Made by a program: the position numbers and the translations under genes. Below are positions 49,211 to 58,367 of a stretch of DNA of 64,000 nucleotides, one piece after another (positions within the stretch are counted from its first letter, which is position 1; each line of letters begins with the position of its first letter). The notes beneath the pieces are model-generated. The model saw nothing but the letters and a program-made list of their open reading frames with translations. It ran no database searches and had not been told where the DNA came from. Origin of the DNA: a virus; IMG/VR virus record IMGVR_UViG_3300032222_000151, positions 54,810-118,809 of that record; one strand, 5' to 3'.

Positions 49211-50788
49211 TTAATCCTTATTGTTTGTGTTTGTAGATATTGATGGATTTACTCTACCGCCCCAGTTTTCTGAGAAGTATGGTGGTGGGAAATATGGAGG
49301 GAAGAATGGGAAAGTTGGTGGGAAGAATGGAGTTCCTCCTCCTCCACCTGTTGGTGCTACTGGCTCAACTGGAACAAAAGATGGGAAAGTTGGTGGGAAA
49401 AATGGAAATGCTGGTGGGAAGAATGGTGGGAAGAATGGATTTGGTGCTGTTGGTGCAACTGGTGCTACAGGTGTAACTGGAGCGACAGGAGTTACAGGTG
49501 CTACAGGGGTAGGTCCTCCACCCCAGTTAGCAGAAAAGTATGGTGGTGGAAAATATGGAGGTGCTGTTGGTGTTGTAGTTGGAGCAACAGGAGTAACTGG
49601 AGTAACAGGTGCTACTGGTGCCACTGGATCTGCTGTTGGTGCTACTGGTGCTACGGGAGCAACAGGTTCAGCGGTAGGCCCTCCTCCCCATAGTGAAGAG
49701 AAATATGGAGGTGGGAAATATGGAGGTGCTACTGGTGTAGGTGCTACTGGCTCAACTGGAGTTGTAGGTCCTCCTCCCCATAGTGAAGAGAAATATGGTG
49801 GTGGGAAATATGGAGGGTCTGTAATTGGTGCTACAGGATCTGTTGTAGGGGCAACTGGATCTACAGTTGGAGCAACAGGTGAAACGGGAGTAACAGGTGA
49901 AACAGGAGCAACAGGTGCTACTGGCTCAACTGGTGCTACAGGTGTAGGTGTTGGAATAAAGTAAGGGAATGATGGAGGAAAGAATGGTGGTGCAACTGGT
50001 GTAGGAGTAGGCGCTACTGGATCAACATGTACTGGTGTTACTGGAGTAGGTGTTGGTGTTGGTGTTGGTGTTGGTGTTGGAGTAGGGGTTGGTGTTGAAA
50101 CATTTTCATAAATATCTCCATAAACAACCCAGTCATTTGTTCCAACCTTCAAAAATGTTGCTTTCCCATATTGAGTGTCAATGTACATCTGAGAGTTCTT
50201 GCTATTTAGTGTTACACCAGAAGTTGGTACAAAAGTTGTTCTCCCAGATCCAATCTCAACTACATGATATTGATACCCTACTGGAATTGCAACTGAAGAA
50301 TTTAGCGGGATAGTCAAAGACATTGACGATGATGTTGATAATAGTATTGTTTTTCCAGCATCTACTGAGTCTAATGTAAAACTTGATGACTTAGTTATTA
50401 CTGTTGTCTGTAGACCAATTTGAGAAGAAATATTTGTTATTTGAGCCTGAAGAGCAGTGTCTGCTGTATCAACATAAAGTTTTGTTGCTGCATGTAGATT
50501 TTCTGTTGGTGCACCAGATAGTGTTAGTGCTCCTGTCATTGTGTCGCCAGCCTTAGCAACCTTTGAAGATGTCAATGTTGCATCTGCATTTACAAGGTTT
50601 TGAAGGTGCTTTGCAATTGATGGGTTTACAAGGTTTGCAGGGTCTGTATTTGCCCCATCATAAGAATATGATCCATAATGATAAAGTCTGAGCGCTGCTT
50701 GAATGTCTGCTGCATCTCCAAGACCTGGGATTTTGGTATTGAAGAGTCCGCTACCTGATACGGTATTGTCAATATTCTCTTCTGCCAC
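49211..50788 (-). CDS. Fibre-like protein with long Pro-rich (PT, PVAP, PPYF, PPFF) tail
   Basis: [16 protein letters not shown] domain, then about 290 aa Pro-rich tail. Confidence 0.85.
   Translation of the reverse strand: MAEENIDNTVSGSGLFNTKIPGLGDAADIQAALRLYHYGSYSYDGANTDPANLVNPSIAKHLQNLVNADATLTSSKVAKAGDTMTGALTLSGAPTENLHAATKLYVDTADTALQAQITNISSQIGLQTTVITKSSSFTLDSVDAGKTILLSTSSSMSLTIPLNSSVAIPVGYQYHVVEIGSGRTTFVPTSGVTLNSKNSQMYIDTQYGKATFLKVGTNDWVVYGDIYENVSTPTPTPTPTPTPTPTPTPVTPVHVDPVAPTPTPVAPPFFPPSFPYFIPTPTPVAPVEPVAPVAPVSPVTPVSPVAPTVDPVAPTTDPVAPITDPPYFPPPYFSSLWGGGPTTPVEPVAPTPVAPPYFPPPYFSSLWGGGPTAEPVAPVAPVAPTADPVAPVAPVTPVTPVAPTTTPTAPPYFPPPYFSANWGGGPTPVAPVTPVAPVTPVAPVAPTAPNPFFPPFFPPAFPFFPPTFPSFVPVEPVAPTGGGGGTPFFPPTFPFFPPYFPPPYFSENWGGRVNPSISTNTNNKD
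49241..50097. repeat. Pro-rich coding repeats, including four [15 protein letters not shown] modules
   Basis: Repeats visible in both DNA and protein. Confidence 0.9.
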
Positions 50789-50807
50789 TATAAATCACCC
50801 TTTTTCA

Positions 50808-51428
50808 TTATACCACCGAAATAAAAAGATGAACTACCTTGGTTCCAGTTATTGGTCCCCAGGATCCATCTATATATTCTACTCCATTTATTTCAATAGG
50901 TACCGCTAAAACTCCAGAACTTGTAATAAACTCATTTATAACCATATTGCTTGCTACTGGGCCTCCATCTGGTGATGAGGCTATAGAATACTGTACATTT
51001 ATGTTTGATGCTGTAATAGGTCCTGATGCCAAATCATAAAAATATGTAATATTGATTGGGCTTAGTGTCAGTTTTCCATCTGCTGCAACTACTGTCTGAG
51101 TTCCAGAGTAAAAATTATTTTTTAGGCTTAAAAGTGGTTGCCACTCAAATGAATTTCCAGAACCACGAACATACTGAAACATTGTTTTGTATGTTGGAGA
51201 TCCTGCCAAGTAATCGATAACTATATCCAATGGACTTAATGATATATTAAGAGCGCTTAGTGCATCTGCTAAAGTTGTTGAAGCAACAGTTGCATCTCTT
51301 GGGTCTCCTTGCAAACCAATTATAAAATTTCCACGGTCTCCAGTTGGTCCAAAATCTAAATCAAGACTAACTGTTTCTGGTCCTCCAAAAACCGTAAGAT
51401 CTTCAGTTGACAATAAAATATCTGCCAT
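50808..51428 (-). CDS. Virion structural protein
   Basis: 206 aa; LDFGPTGDRG; coupled to neighbour. Confidence 0.6.
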   Translation of the reverse strand: MADILLSTEDLTVFGGPETVSLDLDFGPTGDRGNFIIGLQGDPRDATVASTTLADALSALNISLSPLDIVIDYLAGSPTYKTMFQYVRGSGNSFEWQPLLSLKNNFYSGTQTVVAADGKLTLSPINITYFYDLASGPITASNINVQYSIASSPDGGPVASNMVINEFITSSGVLAVPIEINGVEYIDGSWGPITGTKVVHLFISVV

Positions 51429-52111
51429 TAAATCATATCCTCATTTGTAGGTGCTGCCGTAGGAGTTGCTACTGGAGTTGGCTCAGCAATAGGTGCAGTA
51501 ATTGGAGTTGGTGCTATTGGTGTTGGCGATGCAACTGGCTCTGCTACTGGTGTAGGAGTTACTGGTGTAGGTGCAACTGGTGTAGGAGTTGGTGCTACAG
51601 GAGTAGGAGTTGGCGTTGGTGTAGGGGTAGGAGTTGGTGTAGGGGTAGGAGTTGGTGTAGGGGTAGGCTGTGTTGCAGATGTTGCTCCTGTAACCTGATC
51701 TGTAATTGTTATTGTTCCAGTAAGAAGTGTATGAACTATTTCATAACTTCCAATTCCTGATCCCATTGATGGCTTTCTTACTTCAACATCATAAACATAT
51801 TCTGTTCCAGCAACTAACGAATCTGAGTCTGTTGGTCTAATTGCACATTGAACAAAAGTTCCATCATCTGAAACTCTTGCAAAACATCTAATTGGAGTTC
51901 CTTCGGATCCACGAACTGTTGATATAGTAAATTGTGCACTATCGTATGGTGTTACAGTATCTGTGTAATCGTCTGGAGTATTGGCAAAATTTGTTGGCAC
52001 ATAATATTGGCTTAAATCAAAAACCGTTCCATCGTTCTTTTTCGGGTAGATACGAAACTCAAAGGTGTCACCCTTATAGTAATTAAAGTCGTAGGTTGCT
52101 GGAAATGCCAT
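51428..52111 (-). CDS. BppU-like domain protein with (PT)n/PVAP tail
   Basis: YYKGDTFEF..YVYDVEV..LLTGTITI then Pro/Thr repeats; start MAFPAT. Confidence 0.7.
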   Translation of the reverse strand: MAFPATYDFNYYKGDTFEFRIYPKKNDGTVFDLSQYYVPTNFANTPDDYTDTVTPYDSAQFTISTVRGSEGTPIRCFARVSDDGTFVQCAIRPTDSDSLVAGTEYVYDVEVRKPSMGSGIGSYEIVHTLLTGTITITDQVTGATSATQPTPTPTPTPTPTPTPTPTPTPTPVAPTPTPVAPTPVTPTPVAEPVASPTPIAPTPITAPIAEPTPVATPTAAPTNEDMI

Positions 52112-52118
52112 AGTTTTA

Positions 52119-52847
52119 TTATACCACGCTGACATATATAGATTTGAGTATTACTGATGCGTCATAGTCAGTACGGATTTGAGGAACTGCTCCATTACCC
52201 CAGATCTTTTGATTCTCAATAAAGATATGTTGCGTTACCGTGATTGGATAAGTATGCTGGTATTTTAGGGAACCGATAAACTGTGAAACATCTAAATCGC
52301 TGTTGGGAGAATATGTCCTGATCCAAACCTCAGTATTACTACTATATGTTGTTAGTTCAAAACTGTAGGTTATGAATACTTGGGCACCCTCTTCAAGTCC
52401 CCTGAAGTTAAAGGCTCTTGCGTGATCATTCCATAGTGGGGTACATCCTTTTGGAAGGTAGGATTCATTTGACTTGCCATCAGATAACAAGAAGGTTGTT
52501 ACCCATCCGTCATCTCCTTCTGATATTCCAAGTTTGAAGGGTTTTTCTACTTTGTTATGATATGAAGCCCAACCTGCTTGCTGTCCTGAAGATGATAGAG
52601 AACTTAAGCCATCTTTGCCTGCTGGTCCTTGTGCACCTTTTGGTCCCGCTTTTCCTTCTGGACCTTGTGGACCTTCTTTTCCATCTCTACCGTCTCTACC
52701 TGCAGGTCCTTGTGGTCCTACTGGTCCAGGTACTGGAAGAAAAGATAAAGTGTTATCTGGTAATCCAGTTGCCTGGCTCTGCTCTACTTGTGCAGCATAA
52801 GAAGACTTTTTTGCACCAGGAAAATCCATAGATTTAGATACGGCCAT
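52119..52847 (-). CDS. Collagen-like (Gly-X-Y) virion protein
   Basis: GPVGPQGPAGRDGRDGKEGPQG.. repeats. Confidence 0.8.
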   Translation of the reverse strand: MAVSKSMDFPGAKKSSYAAQVEQSQATGLPDNTLSFLPVPGPVGPQGPAGRDGRDGKEGPQGPEGKAGPKGAQGPAGKDGLSSLSSSGQQAGWASYHNKVEKPFKLGISEGDDGWVTTFLLSDGKSNESYLPKGCTPLWNDHARAFNFRGLEEGAQVFITYSFELTTYSSNTEVWIRTYSPNSDLDVSQFIGSLKYQHTYPITVTQHIFIENQKIWGNGAVPQIRTDYDASVILKSIYVSVV

Positions 52848-52867
52848 AAAGATATTATCTCACTCTA

Positions 52868-53815
52868 TTAAGCAGAAATATAAGTACCGTTAACATAAAT
52901 ATTTGTATTTGTTGTTAAGACTACTGGAGTATTTTGCTTTAGCATTGCTTCCATTACTGGAGAGTTTGCTCCACCTTGCTGCTTGATGTAGTGAAGATCA
53001 AGTGTCTGTGTATTAGGAAGGTGATCAGCATTTACAATTATGTGCCCTGCCAAATCTGGGTTTGCTGTTTCATCAACAAATACCCAACCTGAGAAGTGAT
53101 TCATTGTTCCTGCTAATGGAGCAAATGGTAGTTCTAGGTTTAGTTGTCCCGTTCCAAAATTTGTGACGGTAGAACAATCAACTGCAATCCAGAATGATAC
53201 TAGTTGTCCTTGCTTAACATAATGTGAATTATAAGTAGGATGTGTATCACCAGAGCCAGTAAATGTTAGACCAGTTGCAGTAAAGTTTGGTGTCCATCTA
53301 ACTGATTGAAAAGAAACATCTGCATCTGCTCCTGGTGCTGCAATGGTTGTCCAGTATTCAGTTCCTGGAGCATAACCTGCGTTTAATGGTAGAACTCTGT
53401 AATAGGTTCCACCATTGTAAGTTACAACATCTCCAATGTTATAGTCTGCTCCACCGTCGTATTCTCCAAGAAAATTCCAAAGTGCATCTGCTCCATTAGA
53501 GCCATCTGTTCCGTCTGCACCATTTGTACCATCTGCACCCTTTGCTGCAATTAAATCAAACTTAGATGTGTCGGTTGGTAGTGTCCCAGCAGTTGTTATT
53601 GCCTTTGCATAATAAAGTTGTCCTTGATAAGTTACAACGTCTCCAGTTGCGTAAGAAGAATTTAGTTGCCACTCTCCATTATAACTCCATAGGGCATCTG
53701 CACCTGCTGGGCCTTGCAAACCTTGTTCGCCTTGTAGACCTCTTGGTCCTACGGCTCCTTCGTCTCCCTTGTCTCCAACTGCGCCTGGCATTGGAACAAT
53801 CTTAATAACTGCCAT
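52868..53815 (-). CDS. Collagen-like fibre with carbohydrate-binding (CBM5/12-like) repeats
   Basis: GXY repeats; YATGDVVTYQGQLY and YNIGDVVTYNGGTY; start MAVIK. Confidence 0.75.
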   Translation of the reverse strand: MAVIKIVPMPGAVGDKGDEGAVGPRGLQGEQGLQGPAGADALWSYNGEWQLNSSYATGDVVTYQGQLYYAKAITTAGTLPTDTSKFDLIAAKGADGTNGADGTDGSNGADALWNFLGEYDGGADYNIGDVVTYNGGTYYRVLPLNAGYAPGTEYWTTIAAPGADADVSFQSVRWTPNFTATGLTFTGSGDTHPTYNSHYVKQGQLVSFWIAVDCSTVTNFGTGQLNLELPFAPLAGTMNHFSGWVFVDETANPDLAGHIIVNADHLPNTQTLDLHYIKQQGGANSPVMEAMLKQNTPVVLTTNTNIYVNGTYISA

Positions 53816-54210
53816 TATAGTGTACCCCCTGGTGTAATGTCGCCTAACACATGAATGGTTCCAATTACTGGAGTCCAAACAGTATCTTCGATTGGTTCTG
53901 GAATTGTTACTTGTATATCAAATGGTAGTTGAGCCACGATTGATGAGTATTTAGATCCCCAATTTTTTGTAACTGAAGGGTAGGCTGTAATATCAACAAA
54001 ACCTTCTCCAGGCTCACATTCTAGGGCATCTAGAACATTACCAGATTGATCATAAGCGGTTGCTCTAAATATCCAGCCAGAAGTATCGTAATAGTCTGTT
54101 TCATTATCTTCATAGAACTCTACTCTTAAAGTAGCCGTATCTCCTCTGACAACACTCCACTGCATGGATACTGGATCAGCACCAAAGGTCAGGGATGAAT
54201 GAATAGGCAT
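53815..54210 (-). CDS. BppU-like adaptor domain protein
   Basis: WSVVRGDT..FDIQV..WTPVIG; start MPIHSS. Confidence 0.6.
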   Translation of the reverse strand: MPIHSSLTFGADPVSMQWSVVRGDTATLRVEFYEDNETDYYDTSGWIFRATAYDQSGNVLDALECEPGEGFVDITAYPSVTKNWGSKYSSIVAQLPFDIQVTIPEPIEDTVWTPVIGTIHVLGDITPGGTL

Positions 54211-54474
54211 ATTGAGATTATACCATAAAAATTGACTAATACCAAGGTTGGTGGGTATAGGACAAACCAAGGTATTAGCCAATAATAAATTATACCATAA
54301 TGGACAAAACGGACATAATATTTAAAGTTATCAAATTGTTATAATAGCCAATGTCCGATTTGTTACTTTTAGAACCATATGCCAGGATTGGGATAGTGTA
54401 TACTTTTAAATATATAAGAGAAAAGAATATCCTTATAGTTTTAAAAACTATCTTTATATATAGTATATAGCAAA

Positions 54475-54741
54475 TTACTTCTTAGATTCGGTAATATGCT
54501 GAATTAGAATTTTATACAAATCTTCAAGTTTCTTTTCCTGTCGATCTCTAAATCTTTCAGAGTCTTGTCTTTGCTCTTCGATGGATTTTTCTAATCTTGA
54601 AACCTGGTCTTTTAGTGATGAGCCAGAATTCGGCTTAAGTTCGCTAAGATAATGTCTTACAAGCCACTTGATCGCAAAGGCTATTGATGATACAATTGTA
54701 AGTATTGCTACGATTAACGAAGCCCAGTCCTGGATTGTCAT
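54475..54741 (-). CDS. Small membrane protein, holin-like
   Basis: One N-terminal TM helix, ELKPNSGSSLKD, coiled-coil tail. Confidence 0.55.
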   Translation of the reverse strand: MTIQDWASLIVAILTIVSSIAFAIKWLVRHYLSELKPNSGSSLKDQVSRLEKSIEEQRQDSERFRDRQEKKLEDLYKILIQHITESKK

Positions 54742-54773
54742 AACTAGATTATTATAAGGGGTATTTTACAAAA

Positions 54774-55544
54774 ATGAAAACAGCCATACTTAAAACACTT
54801 GAGCATTCCAAGAATTTAATTATATCCCCTGACATGGATGGGTTTATGACCGCAAAATTATTAGAGCGTTTTAACGGTTCGAAAATAGTGGGTTCATATG
54901 ATAAAAATCTTTTATGTTTGGCCGACGGGATCAATCCAGAAGAATGTTTGTTTGTTGATTGCGATATGAATCGAGAAGGCTTTGTTTCTCTCGGAAACCA
55001 TATGCGCTTAATAGAAGACGGTATGTCAAGTAAGTCGTTTAATCCGAATGTTCACTTCGGCGTGACGACATATAGCGACAAGTTTCCTTACGCAACCGCT
55101 TTTTTGATAAGTTTCGCAACAGAGGTTCAAACCTCCGACTCTGACCTTATACGCATGGCTTTTGCTGATTCAACACTGAAGAATATGGAAAAATACAGCG
55201 ATAACATGCGAAACTGGTCAACACGGATGGATCATCCTGCAGTAAAGTACATAACGGACAATTCGGACATTGCAAGGGATAACGATAGACAGGCAAGGTT
55301 TGATTATATTGATCAAGCATTTGTATCAAAACGTTATGGCAAGCAAAGATATCTCGATACCCTTAATAAGGCCCTAGAAGCCCAGGGGATGAAGTTTGAA
55401 CCAATAACCAAGGGTAGCAAGTATGTCTGCGACAAAGTAGGTGTAAACACCGTTATACGGTATAATAGAGATATCATCTCTTATGCAGAGATATTTACAG
55501 GAGAGTATTCTGTAACTTACGACCAAGAGAAGGAATGGGTATGA
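54774..55544 (+). CDS. DHH-like phosphoesterase fold protein
   Basis: SPDMDG, FVDCD and GNH motifs. Confidence 0.45.
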   Translation: MKTAILKTLEHSKNLIISPDMDGFMTAKLLERFNGSKIVGSYDKNLLCLADGINPEECLFVDCDMNREGFVSLGNHMRLIEDGMSSKSFNPNVHFGVTTYSDKFPYATAFLISFATEVQTSDSDLIRMAFADSTLKNMEKYSDNMRNWSTRMDHPAVKYITDNSDIARDNDRQARFDYIDQAFVSKRYGKQRYLDTLNKALEAQGMKFEPITKGSKYVCDKVGVNTVIRYNRDIISYAEIFTGEYSVTYDQEKEWV

Positions 55545-55726
55545 ACAAAGAAGAAATTATTGATTTGATGCTGGATAGTATCAATACAGATAATAGAGAA
55601 ATGTGCAAACAGTCTGGAATGAGTGATGCAGATGCCGAAAAGCAGATTGCAGATTCGCAGCAAAGTCTAGTTTTCATTGTTTCAAATATGTACCAACGAC
55701 TAAAGGAGAGTGGAGCAATTGCCTAA
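55541..55726 (+). CDS. Hypothetical protein
   Basis: ATGA overlap with upstream gene. Confidence 0.6.
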   Translation: MNKEEIIDLMLDSINTDNREMCKQSGMSDADAEKQIADSQQSLVFIVSNMYQRLKESGAIA

Positions 55727-55925
55727 GTATATTTACACAGTAATTTTGGATGTTATGGAAAAGACTTATTCTGATAACGCCAAAACCCCGTTTTTTAAGA
55801 GCGATGAAGAGCGTAATGCTTTTAACGCAGAATTAGTTATTGATGCCGAAAATGAAGCACAGGCAGATCAGATTCGTATTGGTATGACAGATACTCGTAT
55901 GTGGGAACTTAATCGTACCGAGTAA
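55710..55925 (+). CDS. Hypothetical protein
   Basis: ORF in coupled run; start may be TTG 55719. Confidence 0.55.
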   Translation: MEQLPKYIYTVILDVMEKTYSDNAKTPFFKSDEERNAFNAELVIDAENEAQADQIRIGMTDTRMWELNRTE

Positions 55926-56095
55926 TGAGTTATAAAAACAAGGATTGGTTGATCGATCAATATATCTCCCAGCGAAAATCTGCTAGAAAGATTGCTGAAG
56001 AGTGTAAGGTCGATCACCAAACCATTGTTCATTATTTAAACGTTTATGAGATATACCGTCCGCTTCCGACAGAAAAACATCCTAAGCGTTGGTAA
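55925..56095 (+). CDS. Small helix-turn-helix DNA-binding protein (56 aa)
   Basis: Own translation MSYKNKDWLIDQYISQRKSARKIAEECKVDHQTIVHYL... Confidence 0.7.
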   Translation: MSYKNKDWLIDQYISQRKSARKIAEECKVDHQTIVHYLNVYEIYRPLPTEKHPKRW

Positions 56096-56106
56096 TTGAC
56101 AAACCT

Positions 56107-56268
56107 TTATTCTGGTTTGTGATCTAATTCAGATTTGCATGAACATCCATTGCAACACATTTCTGAAAATAATTTTACAGTCAGGTTTGGGTATTCTGGT
56201 TTGTATGTAGAACTTTCGAATTTGAAGTCATCATCCCAGGCGTTTTCTAGATTATCTAATATTCCCAT
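56107..56268 (-). CDS. Small Cys-rich protein (53 aa)
   Basis: MGILDNLENAWDDDF..CCNGCSC; TGATATAAT 7 nt upstream. Confidence 0.6.
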   Translation of the reverse strand: MGILDNLENAWDDDFKFESSTYKPEYPNLTVKLFSEMCCNGCSCKSELDHKPE

Positions 56269-56494
56269 ACCGTCCATTATATCAGAATCTGAAAAATTTT
56301 GTAAAACCCAAATACCCTAAAATCTGAATATTTTGTCCAGATGTACGATACATGCTACAAAGAAATTGCACACAAAATAATAGTGCGCCCATAGTTATGA
56401 CGATTTAACTACGATCTCAAACCTCAAACCCCAATGCCTTATGCATTGGCACTAGTACCATGATTTAGTTTGATACTAGTACCACGCAAAACTT

Positions 56495-56584
56495 TTAACA
56501 CTTGCAAGGGTCTATGCGGGTCTCTTTCTCACTAAAGATGATGATACCTGTATCCCCGCAAAACTCGCAGGTGTGTGCGTACAT
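56495..56584 (-). CDS. 29-aa zinc-ribbon mini-protein
   Basis: MYAHTCEFCGDTGIIIFSEKETRIDPCKC. Confidence 0.55.
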   Translation of the reverse strand: MYAHTCEFCGDTGIIIFSEKETRIDPCKC

Positions 56585-56589
56585 AGCGT

Positions 56590-56784
56590 TCATTCGTTGT
56601 CCTCGTTTTCTGTTACTGCATCTTGGAAGTCTAACAATGCCTCATTGTAGGCAATAGGGTCACACTCTTTTAGAATCTGTGACGGATAGAAAGTTAATTG
56701 ACCCATAGTAACAACAGGATAGGATTCATCTAACATCTCATCAAATAATTGCTTAGTAGCAAACGCAATCTCAAAGTCTAACAC
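56590..56784 (-). CDS. Hypothetical acidic protein
   Basis: GTG 56784 with SD GAGGT; SQILKECDPIAY. Confidence 0.65.
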   Translation of the reverse strand: MLDFEIAFATKQLFDEMLDESYPVVTMGQLTFYPSQILKECDPIAYNEALLDFQDAVTENEDNE

Positions 56785-56945
56785 TATGCGACCTCTTTCT
56801 CTTTTAGTATTCCTAGAATTAACTGTAACTGTTCTGTTGTTAGTAGGGCTGTTGCACAACCCCATGACCATGCAAGTGCCATGTCATCATAGTGTGTTTT
56901 AGCAAGAGAGTTAATCTCTGCAATTACTTCGTTATTGCTTATCAT
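56784..56945 (-). CDS. Hypothetical protein (53 aa)
   Basis: MISNNEVIAEIN..KEVA, coupled to both neighbours. Confidence 0.6.
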   Translation of the reverse strand: MISNNEVIAEINSLAKTHYDDMALAWSWGCATALLTTEQLQLILGILKEKEVA

Positions 56946-57091
56946 TAGTTTTCTACTTTCTTTAATTCGTAATCGTTATTTAATGGACGAGGATTGTTTG
57001 AGAACATAGCCTCAATTACTTTCTTATCCTTGATTGATTGTAATGCTCTAGCCTCTTGCTGAGCCTTTAGTATTCTGTCAAATGTGCTCAC
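56945..57091 (-). CDS. Hypothetical protein (48 aa)
   Basis: GTG start, SD GAAAGGT, coupled. Confidence 0.55.
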   Translation of the reverse strand: MSTFDRILKAQQEARALQSIKDKKVIEAMFSNNPRPLNNDYELKKVEN

Positions 57092-57183
57092 TTATTAGCA
57101 CCTTTCTTTAGTAGGGATAGGGCTTGCGCTAGGCTTTCCTTGCGCTGGGCTTCTACATAAGCCTTGTATTCATCTAGTGTCAT
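57088..57183 (-). CDS. Hypothetical protein (31 aa)
   Basis: MTLDEYKAYVEAQRKES..; SD GAAAGGT; promoter at 57219-57240. Confidence 0.6.
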   Translation of the reverse strand: MTLDEYKAYVEAQRKESLAQALSLLKKGANK

Positions 57184-57218
57184 TTATCTGACCTTTCTTG
57201 TTTAATCTTTATACTGGA

Positions 57219-57557
57219 AGTCTATCAGAGGGGACTGACAAATTAGCCTGTTTCTCGGGTGTGTCGGGAAAGTATTTTTGTGATTTACACCACACCAATT
57301 AGGCTACTATTTAATTGTTATAGGAGTATCCTATCACATACCCTGCCAAAAGTCAAGCACCAACACGGCGTGTCGCATGTGATTTGCATCACAAAAAAAT
57401 CGCACGTGCCGTTTTTGTCAAATCGACACACCGACAATCATGGTCATTTTTTAAGTATGACCATTTAAGTGTGACCTACCTCTCATGTGACCTACCTCAC
57501 AATGTCCGTTTTGGTAGTATTTGTACCCTCCAATTTGTCACACCCCCCTGCTACACT
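57219..57557. promoter_or_regulatory. Divergent early control region
   Basis: Minus promoters (TGTCA-N11-TAGACT; TTGACT-N17-TAGGAT), plus promoter TGTCA-N11-TACACT, four CRP-type boxes, CACGTG, GACAC motifs. Confidence 0.75.
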
Positions 57558-57612
57558 TACAGTATAAAGAAAAACAAGCGGTAAAGAAATCCGCTAAAGA
57601 AAGGTGGTCACT

Positions 57613-57789
57613 ATGACTACACTAAACACACTATGTAAAGACCATAAGCCTATGGTTTCCGCTATCTCCGAAATTGGAGATGACCAATTCACTTTCTGCA
57701 TGGATTGTGAACAAAACATTGAGCGTTGGTATAACGATACCGACCCTGAGCGTTTGCCTATGTGGACAGATTGGAAGGTGTCAGCATGA
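57613..57789 (+). CDS. Small Cys/His protein
   Basis: CKDH and CMDC; SD GAAAGGTGG. Confidence 0.65.
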   Translation: MTTLNTLCKDHKPMVSAISEIGDDQFTFCMDCEQNIERWYNDTDPERLPMWTDWKVSA

Positions 57790-57968
57790 ACGACACTATG
57801 CAATTTATAGATGAGCAAGGCTTATGCGCTATGGATAACATTTGTGCATTTTGCATAACACTATTTGATGGGTGGAATAGATTTTGCCCAGCGTGTAAAG
57901 ACTACAAGGGCGTAATGGCTCTCCCTGATTTTATTAACACTTATGGAAAGGAAGGACTCAAGAGATGA
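57786..57968 (+). CDS. Small zinc-finger protein
   Basis: CAFC and CPAC; ATGA overlap. Confidence 0.65.
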   Translation: MNDTMQFIDEQGLCAMDNICAFCITLFDGWNRFCPACKDYKGVMALPDFINTYGKEGLKR

Positions 57969-58129
57969 GTACCTATGTAAACCTCGCCTCAGTATGTGGC
58001 GCAACATCAGCAAGCGTTGATGTCTATGACCTAGACCTTAACCCTCATGGGGTTATCTGTTGTGACAATTGCAAATCAATTGTGTTATGCCGTAAGGCTT
58101 GGGATTTTCTATACAAGAAAGGAGAATAA
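57965..58129 (+). CDS. Small Cys-rich protein (54 aa)
   Basis: MSTYVNLASVCG..CCDNC; ATGA overlap. Confidence 0.6.
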   Translation: MSTYVNLASVCGATSASVDVYDLDLNPHGVICCDNCKSIVLCRKAWDFLYKKGE

Positions 58130-58133
58130 CTAA

Positions 58134-58271
58134 ATGGCTATTTTTAATTTTGAGTTATTCGTTGATGTCGAAGCAGATGATTTTGAGTCTGCTCTATCAT
58201 GGCTAAAGGCTATGCCCCTTGAGAGACAATTAGACTTTCATGTCATTGACTATAAGCAATTGGAGGCTTAA
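58134..58271 (+). CDS. Hypothetical protein (45 aa)
   Basis: MAIFNFELFVDVEADDFESA..; SD AGGAG. Confidence 0.6.
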   Translation: MAIFNFELFVDVEADDFESALSWLKAMPLERQLDFHVIDYKQLEA

Positions 58272-58274
58272 CAA

Positions 58275-58367
58275 ATGAAAACACTTCAAGAAAAATTAGA
58301 TTTGGTTTCTAAAGAATTAGAACCAATACTTTGGGATTTACTAAATGAAATTGAGGAAACTAAATGA
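58275..58367 (+). CDS. Hypothetical peptide (30 aa)
   Basis: MKTLQEKLDLVSKELEPILW..; SD GGAGG. Confidence 0.55.
   Translation: MKTLQEKLDLVSKELEPILWDLLNEIEETK

Noticed and set aside
49221-49964. 247-aa Gly-rich + strand ORF
   Set aside because: Antisense mirror of the Pro-rich tail (CCN read as NGG/GGN), with no start signals
54300-54474. AT-rich stretch as replication origin
   Set aside because: No iterons or adjacent initiator gene; AT-richness alone is insufficient
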